From: Balanoglossus misakiensis
Taxonomy: Eukaryota > Animalia > Hemichordata
Assembly: GCA_040954595.2 (NCBI GenBank)
Contig: CM082598.2
Span: forward strand, 3,107,154-3,171,153
Direction: 5' to 3'
Length of the DNA: 64,000 bases
This document shows positions 12,679 through 25,300 of this stretch, piece by piece (the first letter of the stretch is position 1; each line of letters starts with the position of its first letter). The translations under genes and the position numbers were made by a program. Below the pieces are notes generated by a model that searched no databases, was not told the origin of the DNA, and saw only the letters and a list, made by a program, of their open reading frames with translations.

Positions 12679-15600
12679 GTCGGGGGGGGGGGAGAGGTCA
12701 GAGCTTCGAAATCCACCTTTGGTTATCCCATACTGTAACGTGAGGGCGCTTTATCCCATGACATAGCGAGATGCCAGCAGACGGTGAGCAGGGGGTCCTC
12801 GAGAATCGTCTCCGTCTAGGATTCAAAATTTCAAGTTGTTATAGACTTGTGAGCAGTAAGAATTTCCCTATTTTGTGCCCAGTCTTCAGAGGTTGTTACC
12901 ATGGCATACCAGGTAATCCATTACACTTGAATTTGCCACTTTGGGTCAGTCTTGTTGGGTGTAGCATGCGGGCAAGGCATGTCCACTCATTCGAGACGCT
13001 TGGTACCATAAATTTGCGGTCGCTCAAGATTACCCTATTTTAATATTCAACGTTCTCTTTGTTTCTTGCACCTGGTAATTTCGCACCTGGTACTTAGGTT
13101 ACTCGAACGATGAACACCTGGTGAATGCCGTATTGGAAGGCATATCTTTGTACAACAAATGGAGTGCCATGGATTAGCAATTACATTGGATAAGGTATGT
13201 GATATTATTATCTGACCAAGAAGGCCACAAACATTGTTGCGTTTCCGCCGCCACTCACGCCATGAAACCCAACAAAAACGAAAGATTTGTTTACCATGAC
13301 GTTGTTGTCCAAGCTGGTGATTCGGCAATGTAAGCGAGGAAGATGATGGGCACTTCATGCAAAATACATCAGAGGAAAGTCATGATCTATAAATTCAAAG
13401 GAAATCAAATAATATGGCATTTTTGTATTTATTTAGAGGCAGTTTTTCAGTAATAATGTTTTTTCCTAATATCCTGATTTCCCACTCGACTTTTGGGTTA
13501 TATATATTTAAGCGATAATGTACCCCCTCCCGGCCAATGGACGAAATCCAACTTTACATTATGGAGTGCAAAGTTGGCTGTATGATTTATCAAATAAATA
13601 ACTGCATAATTTATGAAAAGGGTGTACATGTAATACGGTAGAAGCTTAATTAAGTGCCAGGTGTGTAACCATTTGAGGACCAACTCACATGAACAGATGT
13701 TAGCCAGTGTGTGGTTTATTCAGAAACTTCGAATTCACAGTTGTCCTCGTATGCATAGAGTCGTCTTTAATCTTTGAGATATACACAAAATACAACTTAA
13801 ATTCAAGTATTCCTACCATTGTTTCACTACATTGTACAAAGATTCCAAAGTGCCACATGTACAGTACTCGTTCTGTAAAAATCACGTGCTTGTCTTCCCA
13901 TGATGCAATCGTGTCGGCCATTTTGTTTGAGACATGAAATTAAAACAAGTCGATATCATTCAAGTTGGCCATGGATTTCATTTTGTCATGTCAGAACAAT
14001 ACAATTGATAGGTGATCACCCTTGATAAGCAATAGTATTATTCTGAAAACAGCCTCATTGTAGAGAGAGATATTTTTCACCATTTCTCCTTGTACACTTT
14101 TCTTTAAATTGCGTTTTGAGAAGACACGCGTGATCATGAATTTTTCTCCACCGAATTACAAAAATGAGCCTGCCGAAGTATCCGGCTAAAGTTCATTCCG
14201 TCCGTCCGACCGTTTCAGATATGGTTCAGCTTGACGACCTTTGACCTCTGTCAGATTGCCAGCATTTTACGATATAGGACGGAAAAAAGTCCAAAACGTC
14301 AGATCAAGTCAGCTTTTACAAAAAAGAGATATGAGAATCCTAAACATTGTATCAATATACAGACACTAAACTACTGTGCAGTACAATGATGCGTCTGAAC
14401 CGCCCTCTAGTGCCCCGTGTATTTCATTTGATCATAAAACACAACTTCCTTCGATGGGAAGGTTGTTTGTTTCATCAAAACCCAGTGAATCATTGTTTAA
14501 ATCTACATTTGTTTCAGATAGAGTAAATACATGTCCGTTTAGGCTGTACAAGGGAACCAGTAACACGTTTACACTGTTGGTCGCGATGCGTTGTCTGTGG
14601 CCAATGAATGTGTCGTCTACTTCCGCTCTCCCGCCATTCGCCTACGATTCGCAGTAGAGTATATCATCATAGGTGACGTAACATCCTGTTGAAGGTAAGT
14701 TGACAATAATTAGACATGTAGTAAGTTTATATAGTATATGCTAGGCGACAGAGGGATTGTGGCTAGGCCATAAGACTGCAAAACGGTCTGATTGTGGCGC
14801 GCTGTTACATAATACCGGCAGTTTGTGTCCTCGCATATAAACCGCAAAGCCACGCGAAATCTCGCGGGGTCTCGTGGAGATCGGTAAATGGTCTATTCCG
14901 CTGTCTAACCTGTGTGTTATTTTCTGCGTTGGCGTGTCTGCCACCGCGTGCAGCTTGACGTTCACGTACAAACGCGTCGATGAGCACGTGTTACGCGGCG
15001 GTTTCAATTCTTAGAAAAGAGCAATCATCACTTTGTATCACCAACCTTTTGTTTCCGACGATCTCATCACTTCGAGTCCTTTCTGTCTGAGCGCTTCGAT
15101 GCAATCTGAGAGTACTTCCAGCTCCTGTGGGCAAGATAAAGACAACAGGGCTTAGTTCCGGTTTCCTTGACCCCCCGGGGGTAGGGGTTCTGATTACAAG
15201 CCGCTTCTCCATCAGGAAAATTGGCGCAAGAAAGATGAATCGGTCGATCAAACACGGGGGAATTTCCTGAACGTATCATGCCGAATTTCTTCGGGGTATT
15301 TTAAAAAAGTAAAAGCAGATTCCCATTCAATTTTGCAGTAAGAGAACGTCATTGCATAAATTTGCATAAATTTGAAATCCAACTGAAGAATATTTACTGC
15401 TGACTTGATTGGCATTTTAACTTAGTATTAATTTATGATACAGGTTATTAAGTGTCTTGAATTTGATAACAGCTTTATCCATAGGCGTATGACATAATAG
15501 AAGCGACATATAATTAGCAACTGTAAATAAGACTGTAATTGTAAATAACAGCAAATGAAAAATGAAAACTAAACAGCAGACATGTTTCAGGGAGGACATA

Positions 15601-17990
15601 GGTACTAGAAATTGTAGTTCACCACGTGGTAGTGTATAGAACGCAATTCGTGTAGTGTCGTAATCTGTAATGTCTCGTGTAATTTACTTGCCAGAACTTC
15701 CGCTCTAAATTATGAGTATAGGCTAAATCATTCTTAGGTTTTTCCAGTCATTTCCGACTGGGCGTCGTTTGTGCTCGCCATCATGGCGGAACCACGCGGG
15801 TGGGTGGCGGGAGTTTCCCTTTACATGTACAGTATGTATACCTGCAACCTGTATAGTTGCGATGTGACCGAGGTGTCTGGTCGAGATGCATCGCAATCCG
15901 TCACGGGTGAGCTCGCAACGACTGTCAGGCTGTATAAATAGACCATAATTGAAACATCAGATTACCCCGCCGAAGTTATTCGACGAGGTGGCGGCCGAGA
16001 CAGCGTATATAGCCATTATCCGGAGCTGTTGTTTCGACGCCATTTGCAACAGGACAGAGGTTGGCCGTGTTGCTGGAGACGAGCAACGCTATTAAAACCT
16101 ATCACTGTGAACGTAGTGCCAAACTTGCCGGCGAAGTAGCAACCTAAACGAGTTTCTTGCGAAATTGGGGAACGCTTTATCTGACATCATCGTGTCGCTA
16201 AGAGGCGAGATTTGTGGATTTTTCTTTTAGTTTGACCGACATGAACTCATCAGAAGATAAAAACACTCCTGGGCGTGTAGCTCCCTTAGGCTCTACACAT
16301 TCCCTAAGTAACTTTCATCTTGTATGATCGACCTTTAAACGCTATCTCACAGATAGCTGGCATTTAAGCAATATCTTAATGATTATTTCCCCGCTTGTCG
16401 ATTTCCGGAATTGCTTTTTTTGCCTTCCTTTGCGATTTTGTCGTGGTTTGTGGGCGGAAGTGTATTTGTTTTACGCTAAGTACAGAGAGCAGGATTATGT
16501 GCGAGGCATTATCGTTTCTCATTTTCAATGTGGGTGGGGTTGCCTTGAACGTAAATTTGCATATAGGTAACCGGGACCAGGTACAAATTTTAGGACGTCG
16601 TGGTTACTTAATTCAAGATATAGTTATATGTCCGGAAAACGAGTCTTTTGACTAAATAGGTAAATCGTACTATATGGTTCTGCGACATGACAGCGCAATA
16701 ATTCTGCTGATCGACCTAAGTCAATTTGACCGCCAATGGCGTATCCACAGAAATGCGCAGAAGATACGCACAAATATCATTAACCGTGACTGGGTCCATT
16801 TGATTGATAACACAATTCCCAGCTGCAACTTCAATGCCAGGTTTTGAATGCAGCGCCCTCATCACCGTTGACAATTTTTTTCAATCGCCATCAAGATATT
16901 GATCAAAGTTGTTCACTTGACGAAACGTTACATAGATACTCCCATAGGCCCCCTTTTTGATTGGAATTTCACACATAGAGAGATATCGAATCAGGAAAGG
17001 AAATCAAAGCATCACTCAAACTGATTATGTCTTCTTCACCTTCAGTGCTTCCTTATCTTGTTGGTCTCAAATTGGATTTTTTTTGTACGCACGTAGAGTC
17101 AAATGCAAGGTCATTGTTTCACATTTTGTACGATTCTGTCATTCTGCAGTGGAGGGGCGTAGTGGTCGGTCTTAGGGAAATTTAGTGAGTGAGTGAGTGA
17201 GTGAGTCAGTCACTCAGTCAGTCAGTCAGTCAGTGAGTTAAAGGTTGGGTGGTGAGGTAGGGTGTGAGGGACAGACAGACAGAGAATGCATCACCGTTGT
17301 CCCACTGTCAATCTCTTTCAAACTGATGACAGCTGGTCCATTGTTCTTATCACTATTGTCATTTTCGCACCAAACATCTGTTATCTGGCACTTCGCTACC
17401 TGTCTTTTTAACGCACAGTTGCAAGCGCCCCCCAAATCAGGAAAATCTCAAAATGCCAATTCTTAGAATGTTTTTCTTCTACAGCCCTTTTCAACAAAGT
17501 TAAACCAAGTGAATCATATTGGCAGAGAGATATACTTTGTTTCGCTTTGTCTGGCCACTCTGTCTTTTGTATTTATCCAGGCGGAAACACAGTCATTCAT
17601 CACTGACAACTTGTCTCTGAAGGAGACCAACCGAGCATGTACTTGTAGGCTTTTGACACTAAACCCTCTTTAGAGTGCACATATTTCCAGACGCAACAAC
17701 AACATAACTATCAACACCTGGACCTTTCTCGCAGTGAAGTGACAGTTTCTATTTTTATTAGGAAAGAGAATCGGGAGCAATATGCCAGTGTAGCAATTTC
17801 AGACAAAGAATTGTCTGTCATGCAACATCTAAAATCAGCAAGTGTCTGGTTTTGTCAAACTTTGTTACAAATTACTCACTACGTACGTGGGTAGAACTGG
17901 CTTACTTCTAAGCTGGTGCCATGTTTTGCACGTTGCCATATGCAGTGACGCCATTTGCAAAATGACGTCATCACTTTGTGTGTGTGGACA

Positions 17991-18683
17991 TCATAGGTGT
18001 TTACTTACTTCGTCGTATACCACTGCATCGACAAGCTTGGGGTCAAGGTCAAAGTCCGCGTTTTCAGGGTTTCTCTTCACAAATATACCCGTTTTCCATC
18101 TTTTGGCGTCTCTTTTGTAAATTCCGCCCTTCCAGCGTTTGTCGGTTGCAACTTCGTTGTCGTCGTCTTTTTTAAAAAGCCCGCCTTTCCAACGTTTCTC
18201 TTCTTCCGCGTCCTTTTTGAAAAGTCCGGCTTTCCATCTTTTTTCGTCATCTTTCTTAAAAAGCCCGCCTTTCCATCGTTTGTCTTCTTCGACTTGGTCG
18301 TCATCTTTTTTGAAAAGTCCCCCTTTCCAGCGTTTTTCCTCGTCTATGTCATCGGCGTCTTTCTTGAACAGACCGGCTTTCCAACGCTTTTCGTCGTCTT
18401 TCTTGAACAAACCCCCTTTCCACCTTTTCTCCTCGTCTATAGTGTCATCCTTTTTGAACAACCCAGCCTTCCATCGTTTATCGTCGTCTTTCTTGAACAG
18501 ACCGGCTTTCCATCTTTTGTCCTCGTCTATGGTGTCGTCCTTTTTGAAAAGCCCCGCCTTCCATCGTTTTTCGTCGTCTTTCTTGAAAAGTCCGCCTTTC
18601 CACCTCTTGTCTTCTTCCACAGCCGCGTCGGCGTCCTTCTTGAAGAGCCCGCCTTTCCAACTTCTTTTGTCTTCGTCTTCGGC
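17991..18683 (-). CDS. Neuropeptide precursor exon 2: multi-copy peptide region
   Basis: KR-peptide-KK/KR units with acidic spacers: SWKGGLF x1, WKGGLF x5, WKAGLF x5, WKGGIY x1, WKTGIFV x1; synonymous codons vary among copies. Confidence 0.95.
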   Translation of the reverse strand, partial: AEDEDKRSWKGGLFKKDADAAVEEDKRWKGGLFKKDDEKRWKAGLFKKDDTIDEDKRWKAGLFKKDDDKRWKAGLFKKDDTIDEEKRWKGGLFKKDDEKRWKAGLFKKDADDIDEEKRWKGGLFKKDDDQVEEDKRWKGGLFKKDDEKRWKAGLFKKDAEEEKRWKGGLFKKDDDNEVATDKRWKGGIYKRDAKRWKTGIFVKRNPENADFDLDPKLVDAVVYDEVSKHL

Positions 18684-21600
18684 CTGTGAGACGAAAGAAA
18701 CAGAACAGTTTGGATTAGTCACATGTGCTGCCAGTTCACAATCAGAATTCAGATCTTTAAAGGGTGTTTGTCATCCCGTCTGCGACTGCGGGTATGGGTC
18801 CCATATGACACAGTTGTTACCAAGTCAAATTAGGTGTAAAAGTATAATTGCTACAATGTACGTCATAACATACAATATGGTTGTTACTTTGTGTTACACT
18901 GTAGTGTAACTGGTACAATGTACATCATTGCAAACAATGTGGTTGTTACTTTGTATTACACTGTAGTGTAACTGCTACAATTTACATAACTGCAAACAAT
19001 TAATGTTGTTACTTTGTAAGTACACTGTATATCATTACAAACAACGCGTCGCTTCCTTTTATCGGATTTTAATATTAATTTTATGGTCAATAATAGCACT
19101 CGGCACTCGCTGCGCCTATGTCTACACGACTGAAGCGAATTTCCTGCCGCCTTATCGTATCCCTTTGCTGGGTACCTGGAAACGCTCGGATGTCACTGTT
19201 TTCAGTCGAAGACAATCTACTGAGACAAATTTATTTGTTTCAAACGGCGGTGCCACTGGGGCTGACATCAAAGGAACTCAATACCGAGTGCATCAATCAA
19301 AATTTACAGATCTCAGATTTGTCTACCGAGGCTTCATGGACGTGTCTGGACACCGTCAAATGGTACATCTCTCCAATGGCTTTCTAATTGAAGGACACCG
19401 TTGAGTTGCTTTAGCGCTAGCACCAGTCTGTGTGTGTGAGAGATTTGTTTCAACGTCATCTCATCCGCAAAAGATACACCCAAAGTAATCTGACCCAACA
19501 GTCGTGAGTACATTTGAAGCGAAATCCAAAAGATCAAACTCTACTATAGTCTACTAAAACTACGAGCGACGTTTCCTCTTGTACTTTATTCTCACTTCGC
19601 GATATAATTAAAACTTTTATGATTCTGCGTGCTGAGGGCAACATTGGCCATCCATCGCCATTTTGGATGAGATTACCATCTCAATGAAAAGCCCTGTTAG
19701 GAATATATCTCGCACAATACTAAATCCGAGAGTTCCCTTTCCGATACCATCAGCAGCAATATTGAGAGAACGTCGCACACAAATGAACGATTGTACAGAT
19801 AAGAGCAATATCTTGTCTATCGCTTGCATTCTTATATTGATTCTGTGTCGTTTTAATCTTTCACCCCGAATAATGGCCCCCGCGAAAGTAGCCAAACCCA
19901 CGGTGGGTTGTAAAAAAGCTCCATTTCTTTTGATGTTATCGTTTATTCAATTCAACGTGGATGGTGGAGTCGCGGAAAACGAGAAAACCAGGGTGATACA
20001 TTGTCTGTCCGTCTGTCTGTCTGTCCGTCGGTCTGTCTGTCTGTCTGTCAACACTTTCGATGGATTGAAAAGTGTCACCTGTAGTTCCTTTAAAAGCAAA
20101 CTGGCGGCGAAACAACTGCGCTTGCAATTGCAATTGCTAATGAAAGTGGTAATGCGACTTGAAACACATCTCAGAAAATCGAGTTCATGCCGAGTCAAAT
20201 TATAGACAATTGCAAAGAGACAGTAATTCATCGGTGATCGAGCATTTGACTGAATTTTCATTCCGAGGTGGTTTGACGTGATGCATTGCGAGGAGTCAGG
20301 GGTTGGGGACGGACGGCCTTTTACAGAATGGAGTAATTTTCATTTCCCCGTGATAATCATCAGGGCGTCTAAGTGGCCCGCTTGGCGCACGCATCTGCCC
20401 TTCTCCAACCGACTTTAACGGTTTTATGGAGCACGATAACAATCAGATGTGCGTCTCCAAATAGTATTTCCTCGTTCCTCTAATTACCAGTTAATTACTC
20501 AAACCATATTGTTGAATATCAGGCAGTCAAAAAATAGGCCTTATCAACGGTTTCAATGAGAATGACGCTAGGGGGTCAGAACCTTGGACTGGATACAAAT
20601 TCGTGCATTGTAACACTATAGATTATATCTCTCTGTATGCGATTGATGAATGGCTAATTTGCATAAACATGGCCGACAGCTACGGTGTACTCTCGCTGAA
20701 CTATTTCTTTGATTATTCATATGGTGCGGAAGTAAATATTCATATAAATTCTTTCGGTTCTTCTTTTGATGTTATGAAGTTTCTGAAAGGGCTTTGGTTT
20801 GTCTATTGAGCGATGATAATGGCACACGCCTTTAGCAATATTTTCTAACCAGCGACTGAATTATTTTATAACAATCCAGTATCAAAATGTCCTGTAAATC
20901 GACCTGTATTTTACCGGATTTGAACCCAGACCTACCGCACCAGCAATTGAGGAATCCTTGGATAATCTTACATCTTTTAAGTCATGATTATGTTTGAATT
21001 GTCAGGACCGTTTTGATTTTTTGTGTTTTGTCGATAAAATGAGGATAGGGTGTATGCAAAAATGTAATATTAAGCGAAAACTACTTTCAAACGCACTTCA
21101 CAATAGGCGCGTGTTTGTGCAGATGATCACCTGTTAAAGAGCGCGAAACTTCGTGACCTGATTTTACAAAGTATAGGCTTGAAAGGTTCTGGTTTATCGG
21201 GAAATGTGATATTTGTTAGCAACAATTTAACACATCTGTCAATTGTCCGATTCGCTTTATTTTGATTTCCTCTGGGAACTAAGTCGTCCACGGTGACCTA
21301 ACTTGCATTAGGCCCTTCTCAGCGTGCTGTTATGGAATTCAATTATAAGGGGGAAGCAGTCTGTCTTGCATCACGTTACATTAGACATGCTCAGTTCGTT
21401 CAAATTGACATAATCGAGGATTCTGTTAAATCTGATATCTGCAGAGACAAAGGAAGAACCATTGTGAAATTTGAGCATATTTTAGTGGTTGTCAAGGAAA
21501 CACCAGATCGGCTAAAATTGTCATCGGAAGTTCTAAGGTACAAAGACTTCATTGTACACTAATCGTATATTCTAAAAATAATTTTTTTTTTTCTCTAAAT

Positions 21601-22284
21601 AATGGAACTAAAATCCGAAACACAGTTTACACATTTCCTCACACCAGCAGCAGAGGAATGTGGAAAGCTTTTTTTTTCATTCAGAATTTCATTTGCGTAA
21701 AAACGTGCAAGTTGACGGGTCAAATAAACAGCAATCCATTCATAACACGCCTGAGCATCTTTCCAATTCTTGAGCGGCGGCAGTTTCTGTGAATTGGCCA
21801 TGCGCGTGTCGAGAAGTGCACTTACCGCGCACAGCCGCAATAATTGCCAGTTTGAACGGTTTCTCCGGTGCATTAGCTCATACTTTGGAGTACCTTAATT
21901 TCCGTTAGTGGGTGTAGAACGTGCATCGTGGTACGGCACCTTGCCCTGTTTTCTAGTTCCGGTGCTTTCAAAACCCAGGTGACTACAGCCATGGCCGGAC
22001 TGTACTTCTATCTCTTGTAGTTCCGCAATTGAATTTCTGGGTGTTATTCGGTTGATTTGCTTTGTGATCAGCTTTATTTCCCCCTTGGATTTGTATCATC
22101 GGAAATGTCCTTTATTTCAGTCGTTTGGATGCTTTTTTCTTGTTTGCATACATTCAAACAAATCAAGGTACTTTAGACAGGATATTAAATAGACAAAGAT
22201 AATATAAATAGATAGATTTTTTTTTATAAGCAAATGAATGAATGTAAATAAGTAATTAAGTAAATAAGTAAGTAAGTAATGAAA

Positions 22285-22359
<75 letters not shown>

Positions 22360-25300
22360 CGTTGCTTACATAGTCTTGTAATGTGCGTGAAGGAAACAAA
22401 ATCGACTGTATCAAACGTATCATGTTTCGGAGATCTGCCCAATATAATTACATGTATTTCGAGTTGGACATACACTCGTTATCTACGCTAGGTGGGGGAA
22501 GTTGTACTAGTATAGTGCAGTATATAAGAGACGTGGATTTTCTTAATAGTACACGCGTGGCACATACATTGCGTTCATTGCGGTAATAAAGAATTGATTT
22601 GGCAACGGCTTGAGTTCGTTGTCAAGTGTTGTTTTGTGTGTGAGTATCGGTTGTGAATAATTACCCCGTTCTTGTAACAATTACAGAGCTACTGTATTTT
22701 ATACCACCTCTTGAAATGTGACAAGTCAAAATAGTTGTTTTCGTGGCGCTTCGTAATAAATCAGAATGAGTCTGTTCCAAAAAAAGGGTTGTCTGTCGTC
22801 AGCAAGTGATACACGTACCGATGGTAAAGATTGACATATCAGAAAACGTGTAAACCATTCGTCCTCATTGAGAATTCTCACTCTCTCGTCAGTAACCTGT
22901 TCGTTGTGCGCAGAAAGTAGCTGTCGTTGAAGGCCGCGTAATGCGTCTTACGATTAATTCCTATGAACTCTTGAGCAGGCAATTTCAAGTTTCATTACCG
23001 CGTGTTTTATTGATGGGTCCCCGTTTAGCACTCGTTAAGGTTACGAACCACCGTTCTCGGCGACCCCTTTACTAATGCGAATTCTGTCATGCGCTGTTTA
23101 TACACAAGAATGTGAAATTACCTGACAGTTCGCATTATCAACAATATCTCCATACCACGTGAAAATAATCTAGTTTTAGGAGGATTTATGCGAGAATTGA
23201 AAACACCCTGTAGGTCAAAACACAAGGGAACGATCAATTGAAATTCGTAATTTTGCTGAAAACAAACTTGTGTATACTGTTTACATAACCGTTTCGCAGA
23301 CTGCAGTAAAGGGTCTCGGATACTTCACAGCGACCAATTAAAACAGTTACATTCTCATTGCTGTCGATTTATAAAAGCAGTAAGCTAATTTAGCTGCAAT
23401 CGTTTTCAAACCATGACATGAATCTCGAAGAAATAACTCTTTGGCAAGCACAACACAAGTGGACTTCTCAGCGCCAATACAAGATCCGTCATTCTTTACT
23501 TCAGAACCTAGGGAACGTTGATATATTGAACATATATTGACAAAGCGCTTGAGTTCAAGTGGCGAACAGCTGAAATGTTTAAGAATTGCATTTTTGTCAC
23601 ATGCCAGAACAGATCACGGCAATTGGTATGAAAAAAAAACCATGTCTGCCTTGATTTATCAAGGCAGTGCATTGCAAGGCGAATCTTCTCAACGAAATCG
23701 GTCCGTGAGAGCTACTCAGACACAAAAAGTCGTCGCGCGGTGATAGCTTAACTAATAAAACAAACCTTAATCCAAGGTGTAATTTTCACGAGTCGAGATA
23801 AGAAAGTTTCTATATGATAACCTGGGAGACAGAAACCTCGTTTAATTCAACAGTTTCAACGACAGCCGTGGGAACGATTTATTCTCAGCTGCTTTTCCTA
23901 TCAGTGTTAGAATCGGTTAGTGAATAGAGGTCTCGCGAGATCGCGTTTTTGTCCGAAGATGTCTGCTGTCGACAACGAATCCCTCCCCAGCGGTATCATG
24001 ATATGTCTGCCATTTATCCAAATTGTCGTCCGGTTTTGATTTGATCGTTGAAAGAAGGGCAGAATAGAATCCTATCTCTTGTTTTCTTAAGAAAATTCTG
24101 AAGACGCATTGTGTCGATTTGTTTTTAAACAGAACAACCGTCGCTGTACAGAGATAACCGAAGTTAAAAACAATTACGCGAATGAAACACTTTGTCTGTC
24201 GTAAATTTTAACTCTAGACCATCGTCAATCAACTGAACAGCTTGATTGAAATGGTTAGCAGGGACATTAGGTCCAATTTAAAACGGCAGAGAATTTCTAG
24301 GGATCTCGCTCGTTTTTCTAGAAAAAAAATCTCGTAATGGGCAATAAGATTGGCCTCTATCTAGGTATTTCACACTAGTTAGCGATGTAGCTGTCGAGAG
24401 CCCCAAGCGCTGTGCGTGTTCTGAAGCCCAAAGGAGGCGCGAACGTAAACACCGCGCGGCCGTTAAGCGGTCGCTTGTTTGTCGCAAACACGTCTCTTAG
24501 TACCATAGTCCAAAGAACCAAAACATAGCAAAGAAACTGCTTTGAAATTTCATCTTACTTGAAAAATCCTTACATAAATGGACTAATAGCTCACGAGTGT
24601 ATGCGTCGAGTGAGGGTTGAAAATATGACGTCACTCTGATCGATAAAAAACAGCGTTGACTATAACATTATTCATTCTTGTTCCAGATAGAAGTGATAAA
24701 GGATAAAGATAGTTATGTATTTTTCGGGTGTGGTAGCTACACTAGTATTGTGATAATGACAGTCTTTAACTCCATAACAAACTGTTCATGTACATGCTTC
24801 CCCGGTGAATATTTACACAATAGTTTTGTGACATCCGGGTAACTTTGAAAACTTTTATTTAAATTACCATATTGCGTCACTAGCTAGCTTTACCGCTCTT
24901 GAAAAGTGGGACGTAGACTACAGTGTATTTCTCGAAACTTCAAAAATTTACCTTTTTTTTTTTACAAAAAAGCAGTTTCCCGTCCTCGAAAAGGAGGTTG
25001 CGCGTGCCAACAATTTGCTTTTTCAGTAAGAAAATCAGAAAACTCTTCAAGAAATCAAAGGCACGGTTAGATATCTTCAGCGTGTATTTGTGCTCCACGC
25101 AATACAGTCTTCACAATATTGTGATCTACTGGCACCAAATTAAATCAAGATTCAATGCTTTTAGGCAATGTAGGTGAGGTTGGCTTTGTTATGGGTCTAT
25201 GGAGACGTTTTAAAGGAGGAAAACTATAACTCGCCCTGGGCGAACAAGACTTCAAAAATGCACTAAAGGGCCGAAAATAATGAAGATTTTGGCAAGCAAT

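Noticed and set aside
18070-18665. Repeat-spacer-like DNA pattern resembling a CRISPR array
   Set aside because: The repeats vary at third codon positions and the spacers are related acidic codons. The context is eukaryotic and there are no cas genes.
17997-18909. Long + strand ORFs (230 aa and 256 aa) with FLKSPPF repeats
   Set aside because: They are antisense shadows of the neuropeptide exon. The splice sites, signal peptide and synonymous variation all support the minus frame.
20912-20945. B-box-like GGTTCAAATCC on the minus strand (tRNA or SINE)
   Set aside because: No cloverleaf or convincing A box; at most a decayed SINE fragment.
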